64,000 nt of DNA from Octopus sinensis (Eukaryota): NCBI RefSeq assembly GCF_006345805.1, contig NC_043014.1, forward strand, positions 40,982,001 to 41,046,000, read 5' to 3'. A program made the position numbers and the translations under genes. Positions 1 to 11,060 of the stretch are shown in pieces; the stretch's first letter is position 1, and every line of letters starts with the position of its first letter. The notes beneath the pieces were generated by a model. That model saw nothing but the letters and a program-made list of their open reading frames with translations. It had not been told where the DNA came from and did not search any database.

Positions 1-41
1 ACTAAATTGAATTTTTCCCGTAAGTTTGGAGTTATACTCCC

Positions 42-117
<76 letters not shown>

Positions 118-329
118 GCGCATACATATATATATATACACATGCAGAAACGTGTATATACGACAGGCTTCTATATAGTTTCCGTTGACCAAATTTCCTC
201 ACACGGCATTGATCGGCTCGGGGCTATAATAAAACTTATTTGCTCCAGGTGTCGCGCGATGGGATTGAACTGAAAACGAAGTATTTGCAAAGCAAGCTTC
301 TTAGTCCCAGAGCCATACGTATGCCTGAA

Positions 330-520
330 ATAAATAATATTTCAAATTTTTGCCACAAGGGCAGCTTAAGAGAGGTGGGGATGAGTCGATAACATCGACC
401 TCAGTGCGTAACTGGTACTTATTTTATCGATCTTGAAAGGATGAAAGGCAAAGTCGACCTCGGCGGAATTTGAACTCAGAACGTAGCGACGGGCAGAATA
501 CCATTAAGCATTTCGCCTTA
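330..520 (-). mobile_element. tRNA-headed SINE, family B (single copy)
   Basis: Contains the family core tcgat..gaaaggatgaaaggcaaagtcgacctcggcggaatttgaactcagaacgta, repeated about 20 times in the window. The minus strand has a B-box-like GAGTTCAAATTCC. Confidence 0.8.
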
Positions 521-857
521 ATAATATATTATAATATATTGAAACATTTTTATAAAATTATAAAATTGAAAGCAGCGTATTGGCGGAGTCGTTAGAATAC
601 TCGACGGTGTTTCTTTCGATTCTCTGTGTTCTGAGTTCGAATCCCAACGATGACAAATTTGTCTTTAATCATTTCCGGAGATGATAAAGGAAAGTACCAG
701 TCTGGTTCTAAGTAGTGCGCTGGCGGAATTGCTTGGGTATTGGACAAGGATGCTTTGCTGTATTACAGTATCTGTTCCGGTAGGGCACATTCCGAGTTCA
801 AATTCCGTTTCCCCATCATCGAAAAACGATGACAATTCTGTAAGAAGTTGCGACAAA

Positions 858-1615
858 CAGATATTTATTTCTTTATTGCCCACAGCGGGCTAAACATAGG
901 GCAAGTCGATTACATCGACTCCTCTCCGTAACTGGTACTTATTTAATCGACCCCGAAAGGATGAATGGCAAAGTCGACCTCGGTGGCATTTGAACTCAGA
1001 ACGTAACGGCAGACGAAATACCTATTTCTTTACTACCCACAAGGGCTAGGCTTAACACAGAGAGGACAAACAAGGAGAGAGAGAGAGGAAAGGATAAGTC
1101 GATTATATCGACCCCAGTGCGTAACTGGTACTTATTTAATCGACCCCGAAAGGATGAAAGGCGAAAGGCAAAGTCGACCTCGGTGGCATTTGAACTCAGA
1201 ACGTAACGGCGATGAAATACCTATTTCTTTACTACCCACAAGGGGCTAAACACAGAGAGGACAAACAAGGACAGACAAACGGATTAAGTCGATTATATCG
1301 ACCCCAGTGCGTAACTGGTACTTATTTAATCGACCCCGAAAGGATGAAAGGCAAAGTCGACCTCGGTGGCATTTGAACTCAGACGTAACGGCAGATGAAA
1401 TACCTATTTCTTATACTCACAAGGGGCTAAACACAGAGAGGACAAACAAGGACAGACAAACGGATTAGTCGATTATATCGACCCCAGTGCGTAACTGGTA
1501 CTTATTTAATCGACCCCGAAAGGATGAAAGGCAAAGTCGACTTGACGGAATTTGAACTCAGAACGTAACGGCAGACGAAAACCACTAACATTTTCGACCG
1601 AGTGCTACATTCTGC
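858..1615 (-). mobile_element. Head-to-tail array of about 4 SINE family-B body units (about 180-200 bp each)
   Basis: The unit acccacaaggggctaaacacag...gaactcagaacgtaacggcagacgaaata recurs, with junction GAAATACCTATTTC at 1015, 1214 and 1397. Confidence 0.85.
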
Positions 1616-2222
1616 CATCGGCAATTCAAAAATGGGGAAAAAAATCATTGGAAATTCCAATAGTAAAGCAAGGGTAAGTGGTCTGCCACAAATGACACTT
1701 TTATGGGAACTGCACTTTTGGGTCAGTATAAGCCTGTATAGGCTTAGGGGACCAGAGACAGGGTAGAAAATTCAAGGGCTGCCCTAGGCTGCACACACAT
1801 TAGGTAAGCCACTGGGAAACACAGGAAACACATAAGACTGAAAATAAGTTTAAAGGCAAGGCAAAAATGAATTTCTTATTTGTTTGCAAAATACCTTGAC
1901 AACTTTAATATAGGAGAAAGTTTGCAAAATGCATTCCTACAAGATGCAGAATGAAATGGGATTCATCTTTATACAAACAGCAAAATAATCGAAAAAAGAT
2001 GCATGGGTAAAAAAAACGTAGCTAGTAAGGAGCAAGCTAAGTGAAACGGAAACATTCAGAAACTTTTGGCAAACCAGTAACAAAAATATCTGCAGGACGT
2101 ATGTAGAATGTTAACTGTCGTGAGAAGAGACTAAGGTTGGTAGTGTTATTGTTCACCGTTGATATAAGTAATAACTAAGGAAATATAGTCTGAAAAAAAA
2201 AGTGTATATATATGTATATATA

Positions 2223-2645
2223 GGCGCAGAAGTGGCTGTGTGGTAAATAGCTTGCTTGCCAAGCACATGGTTCCGGGTTCAGTCCCACTGCTTGGTACCT
2301 TGGGCAAGTGTCTTCTACTATAGCCTCGGGCCGACCAAAGCCTTGTGAGTGGATTCGGTGGACGAAAACCGAAAGAAGTCCGTCGTAGTATGGTATGTCT
2401 GTCTGTATGTATGTATGTATGTATATATTATATATATATGTATTTGTGGGGCTATGTTTGTTTCCCCATCATCGCTTGACAACCGATGTTGGTGTGTTTA
2501 CGTCTCTGTAAAAAGAGTCCGATACAATAAGTACTAGGCTCACAAAGAATAAGTCCTGGGGTCGATTTGCTCGATCAACTAAAGGCGGTACTCCAGCATT
2601 GCCGCAATCAAATGACTGAAACAGGTAAAAAAGTAAAAGAGTAAA
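2223..2645 (+). mobile_element. tRNA-headed SINE, family A (internal TA/GT microsatellite)
   Basis: Head ggcgcag.agtggctgtgtggt with ggttcagtccc B-box, body gagtggatt.ggtagacggaaactgaaagaagccc, and tail cagcat.gccgca.tcaaatgactgaaaca.gtaaaa. Confidence 0.85.
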
Positions 2646-2663
2646 AAAATAATATAAATATAT

Positions 2664-2828
2664 AGGAGTGGCTGTGTGGTAAGTAGCTTGCTTACCAACC
2701 ACATGGTTCCGGGTTCAGTCCCACTGCATGGCATCTTGGGCAAGTGTCTTCTGCTATAGCCCCGGGCCGACCAATGCCTTGTGAGTGGATTTGGTAGACG
2801 GAAACTGAAAGAAGCCCGTCGTAATATG

Positions 2829-2860
<32 letters not shown>

Positions 2861-3450
2861 TATATATATATAATATATATATATATGTATGGTGTGTGTG
2901 TGTGTATGTGTTTTGGTGTCTGTGTTTGTCCCCCTAGCATTGCTTGACAACCGATGCTGGTGGTGTGTTTCGTCCCCGTTACTTAGCGGTTCGGCAAAAA
3001 GAGACCGATAGAATAAGTACTGGGCTTACAAAGAATAAAATCCCGGGGTCGATTTGCTCGACGACTAAAGGCGGTGGTGCTCCAGCATGGCCGCAGTCAA
3101 ATGACTGAAACAAGTAAAAGAGTAAAAGAGTAAGAGTAATAATAATAATAATGATAATAATAATAATAATAATAATAATTTTTATCACGTAGTTCAGCGT
3201 TCAACGCGCTTAACTCTTTTTTGGGAGCAAAATTTTCAAAGGAATTTGTCGACTCTGTTATTCACACACGAATCAATGTAACTATGAGTAAGTAAACTAC
3301 TAAAGAGACCGATAGAATAAGTACTGGGGCTTACAAAGAATAAAATCCCGGGGGGTCGATTTGCTCGACGACTAAAGGCGGTGGTGCTCCAGCATGGCCC
3401 CCCCCAGTCAAATGACTGAAACAAGTAAAAGAGTAAAGGAGAGTAAAAGA
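2664..3450 (+). mobile_element. SINE family A copy plus (AAT)n, a unique tail and a local duplicate of its 3' part
   Basis: Full copy at 2664-3135. Segment 3302-3450 repeats the 3' part with the same private variants (aataaaatcccgg, ctcgacgactaaa, ggcggtggtgc). Confidence 0.8.
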
Positions 3451-3741
3451 GAATATGTTGTTACCTTACGGAGTGCAGGAGGAAAATCTGTCTGTTCTCA
3501 ACCAAAGTCTTTGTTAAGTACTCCTTGAGGTTTCTTCTGCAATTCTTTTATAGATATCACTCGGATTTGGGTCAAAGATGTGCATTCTTGGTTGAACCGA
3601 TTTAGCTAGGTGTTGCTTGCACTCTCCCCTAATTTCGCTTTAATTTTGCTGTACATTTTGTGTCGGTGTGTTTGAGTGAGCAGATCTGTGTGTATATATT
3701 TGCATCGCGACCGCGAACATATTTATGCTAATCTGACGAGC

Positions 3742-3779
<38 letters not shown>

Positions 3780-3799
3780 TTACACACACACGCACACAG

Positions 3800-3831
<32 letters not shown>

Positions 3832-3904
3832 ATATAGACTGGGTTTTTCACTGGCCTGTCATCCTCCTCCTAAATCATAAACTCATTATGTCTCTAAATT
3901 CCAG

Positions 3905-3912
3905 ATTTACTA

Positions 3913-3949
<37 letters not shown>

Positions 3950-4200
3950 TTCCTTTCTTTCTTTCCTTCTTTTCTTTCTTTCTTTCCTTCTTTTCTTTCT
4001 TTCTCGTTATCTCTCTCTCGCTCTCACATACGCACACACACGAACACAATGGTATACTTTTAATTGTCACTTTCACCTCCTCCTCCTTCGCCTCTTGCAA
4101 TTGTCCTTTACCTAACACCAATACTCTCTCACACACACACGCACACACACAGTACATACATGTACTCATACATACACTCATACATACATACATACATACA

Positions 4201-4234
<34 letters not shown>

Positions 4235-4720
4235 CATACATACACATACATACATACATATATACATACATACATACATACAGACACATACATACATACA
4301 TACATACAAGCATGCATACATACGTATATACATACCTGCATACATACATGCACACACATGTACATACATACATATATATATATATATGTATATGTACATA
4401 CATACATACATACATACACACACTATATATTTATATACATACACACCTATATATAGATACAAGCATGCATACATACGTATATATATACATACTTGCATAC
4501 ATACATGCATACATATATGCACATACTTGTACATACATATATACATACATATATACATACATAATACATACATACATATACATATACATACATACATAAT
4601 AACTACGTACATACATACGTACATACGTACATACATACGTACATACGTACATACACACTATATATGTATACACAGATATGTGCGTATACATATATATACA
4701 CATACATCAACATGTATGCA
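3905..4720. repeat. Compound microsatellite: (CTTT)n, (CA)n, long (TACA)n
   Basis: Directly visible. Explains the ORFs with HTYI/MYVC repeats. Confidence 0.95.
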
Positions 4721-4793
4721 TATATATAGTGTATCTGTCTCTCTCTGTCTCTCTGTCTCTCTCTCTGTCTGTCTCTCTCTCTGTCTCTGTCTG

Positions 4794-4827
<34 letters not shown>

Positions 4828-5289
4828 CACACACATACATATATATATTTGTGTGTGTATGTACATGTCTGAGTGTGTGACTATATGTGAGTGTCTGTGT
4901 GTGTATATGTGAACAAGAACAACACACACTTTGAATAAACTTACAGATATTTTTGCAAAAGTATACTTTATTAAAGGTTTATACACATTCTTCTACAACT
5001 TTATCTTTTAGTATATATCCACCCCCTCCATACGTAATAATGCTTTGTACATTCGGCTGCTTTTGTGCGTATGTATGGGTCTGTGTAGATGTGTGTATAG
5101 CTGTGATGTTTGTGATGTCAGTGTGTCTATGCTTACGTATGTGTGGACGAGTGTTGTACGTTGTTCGAGGTAATTCCGTAACGTGTGGGTGGGTGAATTA
5201 CATAGGATAAACAGTTTAAGCATCAAACCTGATTTAACGCGCCTCCTACTAACCTATATATGGCTGTGTATATGTGGGGATATATACAA

Positions 5290-5312
5290 ATACAGACACA
5301 GACACACAATAC

Positions 5313-5373
<61 letters not shown>

Positions 5374-5691
5374 TGCACGCACGCACAGACACAGAGACAC
5401 GCGCGCACACACACACAATACACACATACACGCACACACACACATACACATGCACGCACGCACAGGCACAGAGACACGCGCGCACACACACATGCACACA
5501 CACGCACACACGAACACGCACACACAGAGAGACAGACACACACAACAAGCAGACACACACACATACGAACACTCACAAACACACACAAACACGCACGCAC
5601 GCACACACACACACACAGACACACACAGCGAGCAGGTACACACATACACATACGGAGAGAGAGAGAGAGAGAAAGAGAGTAAAACACACAC

Positions 5692-5761
<70 letters not shown>

Positions 5762-5950
5762 AGAGAGAGAGATAGATACATGCATATGTGTATGTTTGTA
5801 GATATATGTGTATATATTTATGTACATCTAGATATATATGTACATATGTATGCATGTATACCTATATATTTATACATAGAAATATGTATGTATATATATA
5901 TGTATATGTGTGTGTGTGCTTGTGTGTGTGTGTGCTTGTGTGTGTGTGAG
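5290..5950. repeat. Degenerate (CA)n/(TA)n/(GA)n/(GT)n microsatellite block
   Basis: Directly visible. Explains the HT/CV-repeat ORFs, including 5183..6025. Confidence 0.95.
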
Positions 5951-5959
5951 TGTGTATAC

Positions 5960-6125
5960 ACTTGTATGAGTTCAAATTCCGCCGAGGTAGACTTTGCCTT
6001 TCATCCTTTCGGGGTCGATAAATAAAGTACCAGTTACGCACTGGGGTCGATGTAATCGACTTAATCCATTTGTCTGTCCTTGTTTGTCCCCTCTATGTTT
6101 GGCGCCTTGTGGGTAGTAAAGAAAT
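5960..6125 (+). mobile_element. SINE family B, 5'-truncated
   Basis: gagttcaaattccgccgaggtagactttgcctttcatcctttcggggtcgat...gtagtaaagaaata. Confidence 0.8.
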
Positions 6126-6158
6126 ATATATATTTATATGTTTGTATTTAAATATATA

Positions 6159-6410
6159 TTGTGTTCAGTCAAAAGTTTTAGTAACCTATTTGCTTTTATT
6201 CGTCAAATTACAATAAAAAACAGCCTAGCATTTGGATTAGATGCCATTGCGTTGCGCAGTCTGAAGCCACCTTCCTTGTCAGTTCCTTGATTCCACGCTG
6301 ATACCATTTCTTGTTCTTCGAGGCGAAGAACTCCTTCATCGAAACTTCTACCTGCTCTTCGTTTCCGAAGCGTCGAGAGCGCAAGAAGTGAGGCATAGAT
6401 CAGAACAATT
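6159..6410 (-). pseudogene. Mariner transposase C-terminal fragment plus probable 3' TIR
   Basis: Translation HFLRSRRFGNEEQVEVSMKEFFASKNKKWYQRGIKEL matches the mariner C-terminal consensus (F..K...WY..GI..L..RW). Terminus TA|TTGTGTTCAGTCAAAAG at 6157. Confidence 0.8.
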
Positions 6411-6445
6411 AATAATACGAGGGAACTATGTTTCCGCTGTCTTAA

Positions 6446-6665
6446 CCCTTTCGTTACCAACCCGGCCAAAACCGGCTCTGGCTCTGTAGTATTAATGTCT
6501 TGTTTTCATAGGTTTTTCATTAAAATCTTCCACCAAACCTTAGTTGCAATTTATGTTCCTAACACTAGCTTAATGATAACTAAGTTATTTTACTAAATCC
6601 CTATTATATTTAAAATAATTGAAAGAAACACAGAGCATCTAAAAAAAAATACAGTAACGAAAGGG
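6446..6665. mobile_element. piggyBac-like MITE
   Basis: Left end TTAA|CCCTTTCGTTAC, right end GTAACGAAAGGG (12-bp TIR). The right TTAA is eroded. Confidence 0.7.
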
Positions 6666-6667
6666 TC

Positions 6668-7437
6668 GTGTAATAAGCGATAGTTTAGCAAGGACCAACT
6701 TTCGGAGCCTGTCACCAAATACGGGCTCTGGATCGTTTCGGTTTGAACGGTAGTTTTTTAAAAATAATTTCCACGTAACTAAACACTTTTAAACTTCGTA
6801 TACTGGTAGAATGTGTTTATAAAACATCTTTTTCTCTTGGCTTTATTGAGAAAATTCTATAGTTTGTAAGATATTTGTTATTCTTTTTTTTCTTCAATTT
6901 CTGCAATTTCAACCAATCAATGACGTCTATTGAGGTGAAAAACATTCTGTGCCGTATGAATATGTCCCTCGTTTAAGAAACAGATTGGATTTATTTATAT
7001 TTGTGAAGAAAAAAGATACCCTTCCCCACCCCTAACACTAACCCTAACCCTAAAAGAGATTGAAATGCAATAGATCGATACTAGGGTCATAATTATGGGT
7101 GACAATTTCATATGACACCGCTAGAAAAAAACTGCCGTTCAAACCGAAAAGATCTCGGGCTCTTTGAACAGAAGGTGACGCCCTGCGTTTGGTGGAATTA
7201 TGAGGGGCAAATTTACTACAAATTCGTACCGGACGGTCTAACCATCAACGCCAGCTTGTACTCCAAACAACTGGAGCAGGCATATGCTATTGTGAGGCAA
7301 AAATTACCCAGCTTTAGTTTAAAGAATGCTAGCATTTCTGCAGCAGGAAAACGCAAGACCTCATACTGTTCGAACGATCCAAAACAAACTTCAGGAACTT
7401 GAAGGAATTGAACTGACGTCACATCTAGCATATAGTG
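6668..7437 (+). pseudogene. Mariner transposase catalytic-domain fragment, interrupted by a MITE at 6730-7155
   Basis: Joining across the MITE gives KDQLSEPVTKYGLFEQKVTPCVWWNYEGQIYYKFVPDGLTINASLYSKQLEQ...LQELEGIELTSHLAYS, matching the mariner VWW...IN..Y..QL and HPxYS motifs. Confidence 0.8.
6730..7155. mobile_element. Non-autonomous DNA transposon (MITE) with GG-starting TIRs, 8-bp TSD and internal CCCTAA repeats; Merlin-like by inference
   Basis: TIRs of about 30 bp (GGATC.TTTCGGTTTGAACGG.AGTTTTT / AAAAACTGCCGTTCAAACCGAAAAGATC.). Exact TSD CGGGCTCT at 6722-6729 and 7156-7163. Confidence 0.8.
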
Positions 7438-8175
7438 CAGCATGGCCGCAGTCAAATGACTAAAACAAGTAAAAGAACACATCGTTGCTATTATGCAAAA
7501 GGGTCGTAAGTCCAAAACGTTGCTTTTTTTCAGAAAACGAAAAAATACTTCCACCATTCTGTAGCAAAACTGTTGTACTAAACTTTGACAATTTTTGATA
7601 TCTTGGCATCTGAAGCAGCTGGAGATACGATAGTTTGACCAAAAGAACCGGCTATTGCAAGCAAAAATAAATATTGAAGAAAAAACTTATTTGGGCAAAT
7701 TTGGACATACGACAGTTTAATTTTGTCAGTGAACAGGTCGCTGTTTCCAAGCGACGAAAATATTTTGACACAAATTAAATCTAAATGTTGAAGTGAATCT
7801 AACGGTTTTTTTTGTGTTTTTTGAATGGTTTATAAACACCTTACACGCTGCAATTGTAAATATATATATATATATACATATAAAATGGATGAATGAATTG
7901 TCCTTTGTTTATAGTTAACATGGAAAATTCAATAAACAGTTACCAGAATAGCAAATTCACGGAAGTAACAAGGATGTAGCGACCTATTCAAAGGTAGAAA
8001 CTCCGGGTTAATGTGCAGTAATTTGTATAGTATACGTAAATAAATGGAGTTGAACGCAGGAGTTATTCAAATTATTTTGCTTTCGACACACACACACACA
8101 TATATATACATACATATATATATACACACATATATATGTATATATATATACTTTATTTAAAGCAGCAGAAAATTC

Positions 8176-8229
8176 AACAAAATCTGTTACTCTGAGTTTC
8201 TCGTTGCCGTTCATCAGACAGTTTTTGTT
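8176..8229 (-). ncRNA. Type I hammerhead ribozyme motif (mirror copy in the left arm)
   Basis: Identical to 8286-8339 because of the perfect palindrome. Confidence 0.75.
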
Positions 8230-8285
8230 AGAATGGAACCGATATATCAATTGATATAATGGAATTGATATATCGGTTCCATTCT

Positions 8286-8339
8286 AACAAAAACTGTCTG
8301 ATGAACGGCAACGAGAAACTCAGAGTAACAGATTTTGTT
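8286..8339 (+). ncRNA. Type I hammerhead ribozyme motif
   Basis: Stem I AACAAAAACTGT/ACAGATTTTGTT (1 mismatch). Core CTGATGA at 8298-8304. Stem II ACG-GCAA-CGA (closing A.A mismatch). GAAA at 8315-8318. Stem III ACTC-A-GAGT. GUA triplet, predicted cleavage after 8327. Confidence 0.75.
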
Positions 8340-8467
8340 GAATTTTCTGCTGCTTTAAATAAAGTATATTACTCTACCACAGGTATTTGAGTTCTCTTTT
8401 TTTCCACCTTGTTTCACATTTATGTGTTTACTCCGGTATATATATATATATACATATATATATATAC

Positions 8468-8557
<90 letters not shown>

Positions 8558-8563
8558 ATATAC

Positions 8564-8597
<34 letters not shown>

Positions 8598-8633
8598 GTA
8601 TATATATATATATATGCACACATATATATACAT

Positions 8634-8665
<32 letters not shown>

Positions 8666-9036
8666 TTATATATATGGGGTTGGGGTGTTGTACGTCTTTC
8701 TAAGTGAATGAATGTAGAGGCACGTACACGGACATACACACACACATACCTAGCAAACACATACACGCACACGAACACACACACGCGTGCACACACATAC
8801 GCACACGTACTCAGTAGACACTAAGACACATGCAAGTGGTATCTGGTCACGTCGACCATCTAAACTAATGACGTCAGCAGTGCTGTGACGTCAGTTTCAT
8901 AAGTAACAATAGAAAAAACTTCATTTGGGATGAAAGCGAGCGGATTTGTTGGCTCTGGTTTAAGGCCCAACAGATGTACCGCCACCACCACACCACCACA
9001 CCACCACCACCACCACTACCACTACTAATACTGGTC

Positions 9037-9069
<33 letters not shown>

Positions 9070-9085
9070 ATAGTACTAGTAGTTG

Positions 9086-10346
9086 GGATGTTTTCGGTTT
9101 GAACGGCAGTTTTTTAAAATAATTTCCACAGGCGCAGGAGTGGCTGTGTGGTAAGTAGCTTGCTAACCAACCACACGGTTGCGGGTTCAGTCCCACTGCG
9201 TGGCATCTTGGGCAAGTGTCTTCTGCTATAGCCCCGGGCCGACCAATGCCTTGTGAGTGGATTTGGTAGACGGAAACTGAAAGAAGCCTGTCGTATATAT
9301 GTATATATATATGTATGCGTGTGTTTGTGTGTCTGTGTTTGTCCCCCTAGCATTGCTTGACAACCGATGCTGGTGTGTTTAGGTCCCCGTTACTTAGTGG
9401 TTCGGCAAAAAGAGACCGATAGAATAAGTACTAAAAGGTGGTGCTCCAGCATGGCCGCAGTCAAATGACTGAAACAAGTAAAAGAGTAAAAGAGTAAAGA
9501 GTAACTAAACACTTTTAAACTTCGTACACTGGTAGAATGTGTTTATAAAACATATTTTTCTCTTGGCTTTATTGAGAAAATTCTATAGTTTGTAAGATAT
9601 TTGTTGTTTTTTTTCTTCGGTTTCTGCAATTTCAACCAATCAGTGACGTCTAATGAGGTAAAAAACATTCTGTGCCGTATGAATATGTCCCTCGTTTAAG
9701 AAACAGATTTGGTAGACGGAAACTGAAAGAAGCCTGTCGTATATATGTATATATATATGTATGCGTGTGTTTGTGTGTCTGTGTTTGTCCCCCTAGCATT
9801 GCTTGACAACCGATGCTGGTGTGTTTAGGTCCCCGTTACTTAGTGGTTCGGCAAAAAGAGACCGATAGAATAAGTACTAAAAGGTGGTGCTCCAGCATGG
9901 CCGCAGTCAAATGACTGAAACAAGTATAAGAGTAAAAGAGTAAAGAGTAACTAAACACTTTTAAACTTCGTACACTGGTAGAATGTGTTTATAAAACATC
10001 TTTTTCTCTTGGCTTTATTGAGAAAATTCTATGGTTTGTAAGATATTTGCTGTTTTGTTTTTTTTCAGTTTCTGCAATTTCAACCAATCAGTGACGTCTA
10101 CTGATGTAAAAAACATTCTGTGCCGTATGAATATGTCCCTCGTTTAAGAAACAGATTAGGTTTATTTACATTTGTGAAGAAAAAAAAAGATACCCTTTCC
10201 CCCACCCCTAACCCTAACTCTAACTAAACCTAACCCTAACCCTAAACCAGATTGAAATGCAATAGATCGATACTAGGGTCATAATTATGGGTGACAATTT
10301 CATATGACACCGCTAGAAAAAACTGCCGTTCAAACCGAAAAGATCC
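9086..10346. mobile_element. Composite Merlin-like MITE carrying a SINE-A insertion and a tandem duplication of about 447 bp
   Basis: Same TIRs as 6730-7155 at 9086 and 10346. SINE-A at 9130-9500 splits the MITE at ttccac|gtaactaaac. 9264-9709 is repeated at 9710-10157. Flanks show no matching TSD. Confidence 0.8.
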
Positions 10347-10589
10347 CTATGAGCGGTTGGTGATAATTGGAAGGGTGGTGTGTTTTTGCTGTTGTCCAGC
10401 TGCATCCAAATCGACCCTGACCGAGCAGACATATAAACAAATCTGCTCCAACCGCGACCATCATTCCTTCGTTTTCGAACGCAGCCTATTTATAAGTTTA
10501 CATGAGCGGACGTGCCTTTTCTTATCTTATTCAGACAGTAAGGTGATAGTTGACTGTATATCGCAAATGGGGCGAGTGACCACGTAGAA

Positions 10590-11060
10590 GCCACCCGTCC
10601 CACTTCATCCTGCCCTCCATCCACCCGTCTCACCCGTCTCCTTCCCCTCCTTTCCACTATTCCCTTCTCTTCATACTATCTCTCTTACCATCACCTTACC
10701 CTTCACTATCTCCTCCCCTCCATCCTCTCTCCCTCTTCCCATCACCCACCCCTTCCCATCACCCTCCCTTCCTCTCCCCTTCACTCTCCCTCTTTTCATC
10801 ACCCTCTCTCTTCTCATCACCTTCTCTCCCCTTCACTATCCCCTCCCTCCATCCTCCCTCTTGCCATCGCCTTCCCTCTTCCTATCACCCACCCTATTCC
10901 CCGTCACCTTCCCTCCCATTCTCTCTCCCTCTTCTCATAACCCTCTCTCTTCTCATCCCCTTCCGACCCCTTCACCATCCCCCTCTCACACCCTTCACCC
11001 CTTCATCCCTTCACCCCCCCAACTCACCCCTTCACCTCTCCACCCCATTCACCCCCGATA
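10590..11060. repeat. Polypyrimidine (C/T-rich) low-complexity tract of about 470 bp
   Basis: Almost no G on the + strand; degenerate ccct/cacc/ctct units. Confidence 0.9.

Larger units (their letters stand above)
8146..8369. repeat. Perfect fold-back palindrome, 107-bp arms, 10-nt loop
   Basis: 8146-8252 is the exact reverse complement of 8263-8369, checked base by base. Confidence 0.95.

Noticed and set aside
858-1615. Regularly spaced repeats suggestive of a CRISPR array
   Set aside because: Units are whole SINE bodies of about 180 bp with no unique spacers; eukaryotic context and no cas genes.
3894-6025. Long ORFs of 130-280 aa (HTYI, MYVC, HT and CV repeats)
   Set aside because: Translations of (TACA)n, (CA)n and (TA)n microsatellites with no domain content.
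10203-10245. True telomere or chromosome-fusion scar
   Set aside because: Only a few CCCTAA units, always at the same position inside a MITE family.
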